Below the pieces are notes generated by a model. It worked only from the letters and a program-made list of their open reading frames with translations. It did not search any database and had not been told where the DNA came from. Of a DNA stretch of 64,000 nucleotides, positions 27,699 to 36,490 are shown in pieces; the stretch's first letter is position 1; every line of letters starts with the position of its first letter. The stretch comes from an uncultured delta proteobacterium. GTDB taxonomy: Bacteria; Desulfobacterota; Binatia; Binatales; Binataceae. The translations under genes were made by a program, and so were the position numbers. Where the stretch lies: assembly GCA_963773975.1 (NCBI GenBank), contig CAVZDJ010000011.1, positions 114,548-178,547 on the forward strand. The letters run 5' to 3'.

Positions 27699-28853
27699 CT
27701 ACATCCCGAACAAGGTGTATGGATGCTGGCTGACTTCGTTGATCGTGCCCAGGTATCTGCCTTTGAGCGCCGAGAAAATCTGCATCTTCGAGTCGCTTGT
27801 CACCAGCGCGAACAGCAGCGGATTGTCATCCTGGCTCACCAGAATCGCGTTGGACTGCAACGGCATCGGAATCCTGGCCACACGTTTGTGCTCATTGACG
27901 TCGTACACCCAGACCTCCGGGCCGGCCGACTTTTGCGTCCACTCGCCGCCCTGATGCATCAGCACGAAAATCAGATGCCCCGGCGCGTAGCCCGACACCG
28001 GCTGCCATCCGCCCGGCCGCCATCCGTCCGTCTTCTCCTTGTCGCTCAGCATCGACCACGGATCTCCCGGCTCGGCCGGACTCGAACCGAGGTCCATCGG
28101 ATAGACCATACCGTGGTAGCTGACGAAGTAGGCCTTCTTGTCCATCAACGCCGGCAGCTGAAAAACCGGGTCCTTCTCGACGTCGAAGAACGGCTTGGCT
28201 GTGCGCTTTTGCTCGGTCGCCTTGGCGCTGTCGTCGAACTTCGTCGTCAGCATCGAACCGTCCGCGCATACCGAGGCGAACTCGCGATCCCCGAGCATCA
28301 GGATTTCCGAGCATCCGGGAGTCTGAATCTCGCCGGCCACCTTTTTGCCCTCCAGGTCGACGGCGGTAACCGAAGTCGCCGGAGTCAAATTCAGCATCAG
28401 CGCAAAGTGCCCGTCCGGCGTCACGCCCATCGAGCTCGGATCGGCAAGCGCGAGTTGGCGCTTGCTGGTAATCGGAATCTCGCCGACACGCGAGAGATGA
28501 GTGGCGTCGTAAATCGTGAGCACGTCGGTGCGGTCGCCCTGGGTGCCGCGGGAATAGAAGGTTTCCGCCACATAGAAAAACTTGTGGTCGGGCGACGGCG
28601 CGAACATCGCGGCCAACCCACCCGATAGATTGCCCAGCACCTGCTGCGTATCGCCGTCGATTAACACCATCGGCGTCAGCATAATCGAGCCCGCCAGCGG
28701 AGCCATCGTCATGACCCAATGCGGCGAATGGGCCGGCAGTTGCAACACGGTGACCGACTCATTGGGCGGCATCTGGGCGAGCGCGCACGGCCCCCCGCGC
28801 GCCATCACGCCCATGAGGATTGCAACGATGAGGAGTCCCAAACGTTTAGTCAT
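27699..28853 (-). CDS. mauB: amine dehydrogenase heavy (large) subunit, MauB-like beta-propeller
   Basis: Signal peptide, ~384 aa, with 'FFYVAETFYSRGTQGDRTDVLTIYD', 'TPDG' and 'EVWVYD' propeller blocks typical of MADH/AADH heavy chains. Lies directly upstream of mauA. Confidence 0.75.
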   Translation of the reverse strand: MTKRLGLLIVAILMGVMARGGPCALAQMPPNESVTVLQLPAHSPHWVMTMAPLAGSIMLTPMVLIDGDTQQVLGNLSGGLAAMFAPSPDHKFFYVAETFYSRGTQGDRTDVLTIYDATHLSRVGEIPITSKRQLALADPSSMGVTPDGHFALMLNLTPATSVTAVDLEGKKVAGEIQTPGCSEILMLGDREFASVCADGSMLTTKFDDSAKATEQKRTAKPFFDVEKDPVFQLPALMDKKAYFVSYHGMVYPMDLGSSPAEPGDPWSMLSDKEKTDGWRPGGWQPVSGYAPGHLIFVLMHQGGEWTQKSAGPEVWVYDVNEHKRVARIPMPLQSNAILVSQDDNPLLFALVTSDSKMQIFSALKGRYLGTINEVSQHPYTLFGM

Positions 28854-29221
28854 TACCGATTCTCCTGCCAGTTCTGCCGCCAGTTCTCCTAGACCCTTGA
28901 AGTGTACACGTCCCGAGCATCGCGGCCAGCCCGCGATTAACGCCACCCGCGGCGAGCGCGGCCCGCGATAGCGACTCGCGAGTTTCCGCCCTCGCCGGTC
29001 GGCTGCTTGGCCGACACCGCCCTGACAGCTTACCGAGGATCGCGATCGCTCGCCCGTTTTCGACCGGAATGGAGTTCTCCCGGCCCCACAAGCTAATAGT
29101 CGGAAACGGCGTATCTTTCCAGACCTGCCGAAACCGCCGCTTATAAACCTCAGGGCCGGTGCGCAGGTTCCTCCCGCCCGATGCACCAGACGATAGGCCG
29201 CTGCTCGCATCCGAAGCGGCC

Positions 29222-30457
29222 TCAAATCGCCGGCCCGCCGGGGCCACGGGCGGACGCGGTGCCGCGCCGCCGCGCGCGATCGGCGATCGCTCGCTCTGAG
29301 GCGGATCGCGCGACGCGCGAATTCGCCAGATACGGCCGCGGCCCGCGCATCGCAAGAAACCGCCGCTCAACCGCGAAATAGTGCAGCCCGGCCGCGCCGA
29401 CCGAGCCAAGCACCAGAATTGAAAGCACCGGCAAATAGCGGGCGGGTTCGAGATATTGCGCCGAGAACCGCAGTTTAACTTCCAATCCCGTCAGCAACGG
29501 CGCATGAAACAGGTAGATCCCGTAGGAGATGCGCCCGAGATAGACCAATGGCCGCGCCGCCAGCAGCCGCGCGATCCAGCACTGCGGCTGCAGGAAGATC
29601 GCGAGCAGCAGCGTGCTTGACCCCATAGCCATCACGGTGTACCCGAAGGTCTCGATGCGCCATCGATATTGCGTGACCCACGCGATGGTGCCGAGCGTGG
29701 CGAGCAAGGCGAGCGACGGGAACCAGGCGGCGGATTCCAGCCGGCGCCACAGCCCCTGCAGACGCGCCTCGCGCAGCAGTAGCGCGAGCGCGCATCCCAC
29801 CAGGATGGCATCGATGCGCGTATCGGTCGCGTAATAGATCCTGAAAAAAGACCTGCGCGAGGGCGCGACGAGATGCCCGTGGTTCATCCACAGATACCAG
29901 CCGCTTCGATACACCGCGATCGCCGGAATCGCGACCAACGCGATGCACAAAACCTTCCGCAGCCCCCAGCGTTTCATCACTGCGGACCATGACAGGTAGA
30001 AGTGCTCCTCCACGCACAGCGACCAGAAATGACTGACGCCCCAGGGCCAGATCGCGGTCGCCGCCATCCAGATGTTGAGCGTGTAAGAGAGAAAAAGCGG
30101 CCACAGATCCGCGAGCCGGTAGGATGCGTTTCCCCGGGCGATGTCAAACAGGTGCGCCCCCGCCAGCACCAACAGGATAGTCGACAGATAGGCCGGCAGC
30201 AGGCGCAGCGTCCGCGCGCGATAGAACCGGCCAAGACTGACGCTGCCGGTCGCCTCGACCTCGACCGCGAGAATCCACGTGATCAGGAATCCGCTAAGGA
30301 TGAAAAACATGTCGACGCCGTACCAGCCGCGGTCGCGGATGGCCTCGAGCCACGGATGGCCGGTCGGCGGGGGCATGTGAATGAAGATCACGGCCGCGAT
30401 GCAGATCGCGCGCAAGCCATCGAGGCTGGGCAAGTAGCGATGCTCGCGTGCAATCAT
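29222..30457 (-). CDS. acyltransferase family 3 (OafA/Oac-like integral membrane O-acyltransferase)
   Basis: 'YLPSLDGLRAICIAAVIFIH' start motif and ~10 TM segments. Confidence 0.8.
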   Translation of the reverse strand: MIAREHRYLPSLDGLRAICIAAVIFIHMPPPTGHPWLEAIRDRGWYGVDMFFILSGFLITWILAVEVEATGSVSLGRFYRARTLRLLPAYLSTILLVLAGAHLFDIARGNASYRLADLWPLFLSYTLNIWMAATAIWPWGVSHFWSLCVEEHFYLSWSAVMKRWGLRKVLCIALVAIPAIAVYRSGWYLWMNHGHLVAPSRRSFFRIYYATDTRIDAILVGCALALLLREARLQGLWRRLESAAWFPSLALLATLGTIAWVTQYRWRIETFGYTVMAMGSSTLLLAIFLQPQCWIARLLAARPLVYLGRISYGIYLFHAPLLTGLEVKLRFSAQYLEPARYLPVLSILVLGSVGAAGLHYFAVERRFLAMRGPRPYLANSRVARSASERAIADRARRRGTASARGPGGPAI

Positions 30458-30760
30458 TGCGTGCCGATTCGTCCCCTCGCGATCCACTGCGAGTGTTTCG
30501 CCCCGGCGCGCCTCGCCGGTCGCCAGCGACCGCTCGCGCGCGCGCCCATGCGCGCCGTGCCGCACGATCCGGCGGTGCTGGTCTCACAACTATAAATTAT
30601 CGTGGCCGGCTTCAGCGAACGTCCAGCGGACGTTCAGAGAAATTCCTTTGATCGCGAGAAACTGCCTTGCGCGAATTCCGCTAGTGGCGGCTGGGGGGAA
30701 CAAAAGTCGCAAGGCTTGCGGCATGCGAATCATTACGGTATGTAGGATTTCTCTACTAAT

Positions 30761-31426
30761 TCATAACTTTCCGCCAGCCCAGACCACGTGGCCCACGATA
30801 TTGACGCTGTCGGCGGCCACCACCGTGGGCTCATATGCGGCGTTGTCGTTGCGGATAATCAGCTTGCCGTCGGGGCGGCGCTGGATGCGCTTGATCGGCA
30901 GATCTCCGCTCGCCCGCAGCACGTACACCCCATCGTAACGAAAGCGCGGGTCGCGCAAATCCACCAGCACCAGATCGTCCTCGTCGATCGTCGGCGCCAT
31001 CGAATCGCTCACCGCTTCGATCAGCATCAGGCTCTTCGGATCGATCCCGACCCGGCGGCGCAGCCAATCGGTTTTGAAGGCAAGGTAATCGACAACCTGG
31101 CGATTCTGCGCGGTCCCCCGACCGCCCGAAGTACGTACCGTATTGCGCGGCAGATAAACGTACTCACCGGCTTCGGCTGCTGGCGCTTCGCTCTTGGGCG
31201 CGTCCTGTCCCGTCGCCAACCACTCGATCGAGACCCGCGCCGCGCGCGCCAGATTGACCAGACTGATCATGCTTGGCTGGCCGCGGCCAGAGACCCATTT
31301 GTAGATGGCGTTGTCGGATACGCCAACGGCGCGCGCGAGGTCAGCGACCGATCCAAATTGCTGCATGATGAGGCGCAGGCGGCGGCGGAACTCTTCTTCG
31401 GTTGATTTTCCTACTGTAGTTGACAT
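30761..31426 (-). CDS. CI/LexA-type phage repressor (XRE HTH + S24 peptidase)
   Basis: HTH 'SVADLARAVGVSDNAIYKWVSG'. S24 'AVSDSMAPTI' (Ser) and 'LPIKRI' (Lys) form the autocleavage dyad. Confidence 0.85.
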   Translation of the reverse strand: MSTTVGKSTEEEFRRRLRLIMQQFGSVADLARAVGVSDNAIYKWVSGRGQPSMISLVNLARAARVSIEWLATGQDAPKSEAPAAEAGEYVYLPRNTVRTSGGRGTAQNRQVVDYLAFKTDWLRRRVGIDPKSLMLIEAVSDSMAPTIDEDDLVLVDLRDPRFRYDGVYVLRASGDLPIKRIQRRPDGKLIIRNDNAAYEPTVVAADSVNIVGHVVWAGGKL

Positions 31427-31448
31427 TTTTTTTCTACTGTGGGATAAC
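31411..31448 (+). promoter_or_regulatory. putative rightward early promoter with two direct CTACTGT(A/G)G repeats (candidate operators)
   Basis: TTGACA 31420-31425, a 17-nt spacer, then TGgGATAAC (extended -10-like) at 31440-31448. Repeats at 31411-31419 and 31434-31442 overlap the -35 and the spacer, and also the repressor start codon. Confidence 0.3.
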
Positions 31449-31775
31449 TACCCTAGCTATGTTTGGTTGATTTAGTCGTCGCAGCATTTTTATGGGCTAT
31501 TTTCTCCGCCCGCAACAAAGCCTTCCGGTCTCGGTCTTCAACAAATGGTGATGTCTGCGAATTTTCATCCCGCCTTACCAGTGCTCTCTCGCCCAACGCG
31601 CGCCGCAGTGCCCTATCGCCCGATACTGGCTGCGCGCAAGCCGGGCGCGAGGCGACTGATGCGTTTTGAAGCGCGACTCTCGGGCGCTTGCAATACGCAA
31701 TTAGCGTGCCTCGCGTCACCCAACAAGTGTTCAGCCCACCCCTAAGAGCAGGTCAATGACTGGAGGACTATTTTT

Positions 31776-32135
31776 ATGGAAGCCCGCCCCGTTTGCATAT
31801 CGATCACCGACGTCCAACACGCCGTGGCGCGCGCGTTCTGCCTGAGCATCAGCGAGATGCTCTCGCGCAAGCGCCGCCATCGTCTCACCGGCGCGCGCCA
31901 GGTCGCGATGTATCTCAGCCGCGAGATGGCGGGCGGCGGATGGATGGGACGGCGGCGCCAGGCGGCCTCGTTTCCGCGTATCGGAATGGCGTTCGCGCGC
32001 GATCACACAAGTGTCATCCACGCTTGCAACGTGGTCGCGCGCCGGCGCCTGGCCGACGCCGACTTCGCGCGGCTGCTCGATCGGATCGCGCGCGAACTAA
32101 CCGCCGCGGCGCTCAAGCCGGCGCAAGCCGCCTGA
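31776..32135 (+). CDS. DnaA domain IV-only (Bac_DnaA_C) DNA-binding protein
   Basis: 'SRKRRHRLTGARQVAMYLSREM...IGMAFARDHTSVIHAC' matches the DnaA C-terminal HTH (RQIAMYL...RDHTTVLHA). No AAA+ domain. Confidence 0.7.
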   Translation: MEARPVCISITDVQHAVARAFCLSISEMLSRKRRHRLTGARQVAMYLSREMAGGGWMGRRRQAASFPRIGMAFARDHTSVIHACNVVARRRLADADFARLLDRIARELTAAALKPAQAA

Positions 32136-32412
32136 GCCCTCATGCGCAGCCCGCTTGAACGACGATTCGATGGCGCCGCGTGTCATCGCGTTGGCGCTCG
32201 GCGCAACGCGCCCGGTCGGTTGCCAGATTCAGATGTAACGCCGCGGGCTCGATCTGACACATCCCCGTCTCATTTTGAAAATTCCGTAGCCGCCCGCCGG
32301 GCGCCGCGGAGGCCGACAGAATATCAGAGAGGACCATTTCGCACTGCCAAAGGTGGCGGAAGAGGATGGCGCGGAGCCGCAGGCGAATCGAAACCCGGGC
32401 GAGGTAAATTCG

Positions 32413-32754
32413 ATGCTGGGGTTCATCGTCGAGATTATCGGTGAAGAAGCGGCGGCCAAGCTGATCGCCAGGTTCGGAGGTACACGTTTGTACGTCCCGC
32501 ACAGTCCCTGCCCAGAGGACGCGCTCGCGCTCGCGGTCGGAACCGGCGCGGCAATGAAGCTCGCCGAGATGTTCGGCGGCGAGCGCGTGGAGCTACCCAA
32601 GCCGCCACCGCGGCGCATGCAGATCCTGGCGTTGCGTGCCGCCGGCCGCAGCGTCGAGGAAATCGCGCGCACTCTTAGCTGCACGCGCCGACGCGTGTTC
32701 CAGGTGCTGGCGGAAGCGCGCCGCGAGGTCTGCACCGGCGCCGGCTCGATCTGA
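32413..32754 (+). CDS. Mor-like / HTH phage transcriptional activator candidate
   Basis: 'IIGEEAAAKLIARFGGTRLYVP' resembles the Mor-family core. C-terminal HTH 'RSVEEIARTLSCTRRRVFQVL'. Confidence 0.4.
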   Translation: MLGFIVEIIGEEAAAKLIARFGGTRLYVPHSPCPEDALALAVGTGAAMKLAEMFGGERVELPKPPPRRMQILALRAAGRSVEEIARTLSCTRRRVFQVLAEARREVCTGAGSI

Positions 32755-32974
32755 CGAATCATACACGCGCGCGCGCGGCGCGCGGCCCCCGAGTCGCCGC
32801 GGCGCGCAGTCCGGACCGACCGCGGATCGCATTTGCGCAGGTAACTGTATCGCTAAGGCTGCCACGGTGATAAGCCTGCACCAACGCTCGCCGCGGCGCG
32901 CGGCGAGGTTTTCCGGCTGCTTTGGGATAAAGCCAGCGCAGTTTCCGATAGCCCACGTTTGTTTGGAGGGTCAC

Positions 32975-34288
32975 ATGACGAGCCGCGAACGTCAGGGTTG
33001 GTGGATTGCCGGATGCCTCTTCTTTTCCCTGTTCCTGCTTTGGGGTTCGGGGTACAACACTGCGGGACTGTTTGTCGCACCGCTGCTCAAGCAATTCGGC
33101 TGGGGCCGCACGCAGGTATCGATGCTGTTCTCGGTGCTCGCGCTGGCCTCGGGAGTCAGTTCGCCATTGGCCGGGAGGCTCCTGGAACGGGTCGAGGCCC
33201 GCGTCATCATCGTGGTCGGAGCGCTGTTGTCCGGGGTGGGGCTGGTCCTCGCGAGCCGCGCCAATTCCTTCGGGCCGATGCTGACCGCGTACGCGATGCT
33301 CGGCTTGGGACTCGGTTTCTCGACTTTCGTGCCCACCGCGCTGGTCGTCTCGAACTGGTTCGGCGAGCGCCGCGGCGTCGCCCTGGGGATCGTGATGGGC
33401 GGGCAGTCGCTCGGCGGGATGGTGATGGCGCCGCTGGTCGGCTACGCGATCGCACACTTTGGATGGCGCGTCGGTGAGCTGGTGCTCGCGGTGCCGATGT
33501 TGGTGATCGTCACGCCGATGGTGCTCGCGCTGGTGCGCAGCCGTCCGCCTGAAAGTGCGGCCGAGGGCCCGGCAATCGCGCCCGGGACGGCCCGGACCAA
33601 GGACAGCCGCGATCTCTTCGCCGACGTCCCCGGCCTCGAAGTGGCGCAGGCGCTGCGCACGCGCTCGTTCTGGATGATCGTGGCGGCGCAGTTTCTGTAT
33701 CCGCTGGCCGGCGTCGGCGCCTTCGTCCACATGGTGGCCTATCTTTCCGGGATCGGTTACAGCGACGCGGCCGCCGCCTTGAGCCTCAGCCTGGTGCTGT
33801 TGTTCGCGACCATCGGACAGCCGCTGATGGGTGTCGTGGCGGACCGGATTGGCAGCCGGGGCGCGCTCGCGCTGGCCTTCGGACTGCTCGCGTTCAGCCT
33901 GGTGATGCTGCTGGCGGCGAGCCAGATCGTGGCTCTGGGACTGTTCGTCCTGGTCTTCGGGCTTATCGTCGCCGGGCCGATAGTGTTGTCGCCGCTGGTG
34001 GTGGCCGAATCGCTCGGCGTCAAGCGCTACGGCTCGCTGATGGGCCTGGTGGGATTTCCTTTCACCCTGGGTCTCGCGATCGGCCCGCTGGCGGCGGGCG
34101 CGATCTACGATCTCACCGCGAGCTACGCGCGCGCGTTCGAATTGTGCGCGATGATCGCGGTCGTGGGCGTGGTCGCTTCATTCCTTTGCGTGCCGGCGGA
34201 GTGGGAGCGGCTTCCGATGGCCGCGGCCGCGCCCGAGACCTCGACTGTCGATGCCGCCGCGCCCGGAGCCGCCGCGCCGCAGCTCTAG
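32975..34288 (+). CDS. MFS transporter (oxalate/formate antiporter-like)
   Basis: 12 predicted TM segments, with 'GRLLERVEAR' and 'ADRIGSRGAL' loop motifs. Real start is ATG 32975 (GGAGGG upstream) inside a longer spurious ORF. Confidence 0.85.
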   Translation: MTSRERQGWWIAGCLFFSLFLLWGSGYNTAGLFVAPLLKQFGWGRTQVSMLFSVLALASGVSSPLAGRLLERVEARVIIVVGALLSGVGLVLASRANSFGPMLTAYAMLGLGLGFSTFVPTALVVSNWFGERRGVALGIVMGGQSLGGMVMAPLVGYAIAHFGWRVGELVLAVPMLVIVTPMVLALVRSRPPESAAEGPAIAPGTARTKDSRDLFADVPGLEVAQALRTRSFWMIVAAQFLYPLAGVGAFVHMVAYLSGIGYSDAAAALSLSLVLLFATIGQPLMGVVADRIGSRGALALAFGLLAFSLVMLLAASQIVALGLFVLVFGLIVAGPIVLSPLVVAESLGVKRYGSLMGLVGFPFTLGLAIGPLAAGAIYDLTASYARAFELCAMIAVVGVVASFLCVPAEWERLPMAAAAPETSTVDAAAPGAAAPQL

Positions 34289-34351
34289 TTTTACCAGCAC
34301 CCCCGAACGCCTGCGATGTCGGCGCTCTTCTCAACCGCATTCGCTGCGCCT

Positions 34352-34440
34352 CTGAACTCCCTCCCCCGTGTCTTGGGGGAGGGAGGCAGAGTCAGACGCG
34401 GCCAGCCCAAAAATACTGGGGAGGGAGTTCAGACGCGGCT
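34352..34440. repeat. second REP family (GAACTCCCTCCCCC-loop-GGGGGAGGGAG) with a partial second unit
   Basis: Hairpin ctccctccccc/gtgtctt/gggggagggag. A related unit lies at 35282-35316 (ccccaagacgcgggggagggagttcac). Together they flank the endolysin gene. Confidence 0.75.
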
Positions 34441-34623
34441 ATTCCAAAACATCGGCGAGAGAATCAGATAGCGCTAGTTCTGACCAAAATTTGGATGAAA
34501 CACTCATCCTGCGCAAAGTCCACGCCTGCTGGAAACTGCGGTCTTTAGTCAGCTTGCACACGTCTAGGGGTGAAATATTTCACCCTTATGCGAACGGTCC
34601 GGGGCTGCGAGAATCCGCCCGCG

Positions 34624-35175
34624 ATGGAAGCTCTGAACAAACCGGACCGCGCGCCGGCGCAAAACCCGCAAAGCTATCCGCCGGCCTTCGAGCGCGCCGT
34701 CGCGCGGTTGCTCGGCGACGAGGGCGGCTACGTCGACAATCCGGCCGACCCCGGCGGCGAGACCAAGTTCGGCATCACCAAGCGCGAGTATCCCCAGGTC
34801 GATATCGCGGCGCTCACGCGGGCCGAGGCGATCGCGATCTACTTCCGCGACTGGTGGCGGCGCTACCGCTACAGCGAATTGCCGGGGCCGATCGCGGCGA
34901 AGACGTTCGACCTGGCGGTGAATATCGGCTCCGATCATGCGGTCCGATGCGTCCAGCGCGCGCTGCGCGCGTGCGGCCGCCGGGTCACGGAGGACGGAGC
35001 GATCGGCCCGGCGACAATCGTGGCGGCGGGTGCGGCCAATCAGCTCGCGCTAATCGCGGCGTTGCGCGCCGAGGCGGCCGGCTATTACCGCGCGCTGGCG
35101 GCACTCGAGCGCGGGCGGCGCGCCGGCGGCGATCGCGAGTTCCTCGATGGCTGGTTGAATCGGGCGTACGAGTGA
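34624..35175 (+). CDS. GH108 endolysin with C-terminal peptidoglycan-binding (PG_binding_3-like) region
   Basis: 'LLGDEGGYVDNPADPGGETKFGIT' is the GH108 catalytic block. 'DGAIGPATI' is a PG-binding motif. Confidence 0.8.
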   Translation: MEALNKPDRAPAQNPQSYPPAFERAVARLLGDEGGYVDNPADPGGETKFGITKREYPQVDIAALTRAEAIAIYFRDWWRRYRYSELPGPIAAKTFDLAVNIGSDHAVRCVQRALRACGRRVTEDGAIGPATIVAAGAANQLALIAALRAEAAGYYRALAALERGRRAGGDREFLDGWLNRAYE

Positions 35176-35423
35176 CACGCGGCAAGCAAAGCTGCGACCA
35201 GCAGCGCCCAAGTGTCGACATCGGAGAAGCGCCGCGGCTGTCGGTGAAAAAGGCGCTTTCTCGCTCGACCCCCAACCCAAACCTTCCCCCCCCAAGACGC
35301 GGGGGAGGGAGTTCACAGGCGCGATGCGAGGGTTGGTGAAAAGAGCGCGGGCGTCGGAGGCGTGGCGCGGCGAGGGTCAGTGAAACGTGAAAAGTGAAAC
35401 GTGAAAAAGCAGCAGGAGAAGAA

Positions 35424-36014
35424 ATGAATATCGATCCAGGAATGGCAGCAGGCTACGGGATGATCGCGGTGGGTGGCTTCGCGCTCGGCGCATTGGTGGG
35501 GCGCTGGATGATGACCGAGGTCATCACCGCGCTCGGCGCCGTGCAGACGCGGCTCTCCGCACTCGAACAGACGGTACTCGGCCATAGCGTCACCGCTGGC
35601 GGTTCAACCGCCGCGGCCAACGGCAACTCGGCCGCGCCGGTTCAGGCGATACTGCCGGCGGCGGCAGCGGCGCATCCGGTGGCCGCGCCTCAACCAGCGC
35701 CCGCGCCCGCGCCGGTCGCCCCCACCGCCGTGACGGCAGCGGCGGCGCAGGCCGCCGCGCTCGAGCATCATGCGAGCGCGGTCGAGAAGCTCGCCGCCGC
35801 CGTCGACCGGCACGCGCAGGCGGTCGACGATCACGGCGCGGCCACCGTGGCCGCGGCGGTCGAGATGGGATCGCATCCGGGGCCTGCTGCCGCGCCTCCT
35901 GCGGCGCCGGCGGCGACGTTTGCGGCGCCGGTGCATGCGGCGGGCGTTACGATGGGCGCCGCGGTGGCGCCGGTAGCGGCGGCCGCGGCGGTCGCGGCCG
36001 CGCCCCAGGGCTGA
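35424..36014 (+). CDS. membrane protein, holin candidate, with Ala-rich tail
   Basis: N-terminal TM 'YGMIAVGGFALGALVG'. Sits after the endolysin. AGGAGA lies before ATG 35424. Function is inferred from position only. Confidence 0.35.
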   Translation: MNIDPGMAAGYGMIAVGGFALGALVGRWMMTEVITALGAVQTRLSALEQTVLGHSVTAGGSTAAANGNSAAPVQAILPAAAAAHPVAAPQPAPAPAPVAPTAVTAAAAQAAALEHHASAVEKLAAAVDRHAQAVDDHGAATVAAAVEMGSHPGPAAAPPAAPAATFAAPVHAAGVTMGAAVAPVAAAAAVAAAPQG

Positions 36015-36038
36015 ACCGGTAGCCGAGAGGGCAAGGCG

Positions 36039-36440
36039 ATGTTCCCGCTCCTGGCGGCGAAGCTCTGGAAGCCGGTCGCGATCGCGCTGCTGATCGCGGC
36101 CGCGCTGGGTTACCGCGCGCTGCTGCTGCATCAGCGCGACGCCGCGCGCGCCGCCGCCGCGCATCTGAGCGCCTCGCTGGCGGATGCGGAGGCGAGCAAT
36201 GCGGCGCTGCAGAGCGCGATCGCGACGCAAAACTCGGCGGTGGCCGCGATGCGCGCGGAGCTCGAACAGGGCGTGCAGGCCGCGGCGGCGCGCGAGCGCG
36301 CGGCGACGGCCAAGGGAACGGCGGCAATGCGTACGGCGGCGAGCGGCGCGCGGGCGCTGGAGGGGGCGCGGATCGACGCCGGTTGCTCGTCGGCGATTCG
36401 ATGGGGCAACGCGCGGGCGGCGGAGCTTGGCCGATGGTGA
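36039..36440 (+). CDS. i-spanin (Rz)-like lysis protein
   Basis: N-terminal TM 'VAIALLIAAALGY' followed by a long coiled-coil region, within the lysis cassette. Confidence 0.45.
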   Translation: MFPLLAAKLWKPVAIALLIAAALGYRALLLHQRDAARAAAAHLSASLADAEASNAALQSAIATQNSAVAAMRAELEQGVQAAAARERAATAKGTAAMRTAASGARALEGARIDAGCSSAIRWGNARAAELGRW

Positions 36441-36490
36441 TGCCGGAACGCCGTACCGCGCAACTCCGGTTGGTTAACGAGCCGTTGTTG

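Noticed and set aside
31437-31447. DnaA box near the DnaA-domain-IV gene (reverse complement GTTATCCCACA)
   Set aside because: It matches TTATCCACA only with a one-base insertion. A single degenerate site is not evidence.
32636-32974. N-terminal 113-codon extension of the MFS ORF
   Set aside because: The extension is Arg/Ala-rich, overlaps the Mor-like gene in another frame, and the first TM helix begins right after ATG 32975, which has its own GGAGGG.
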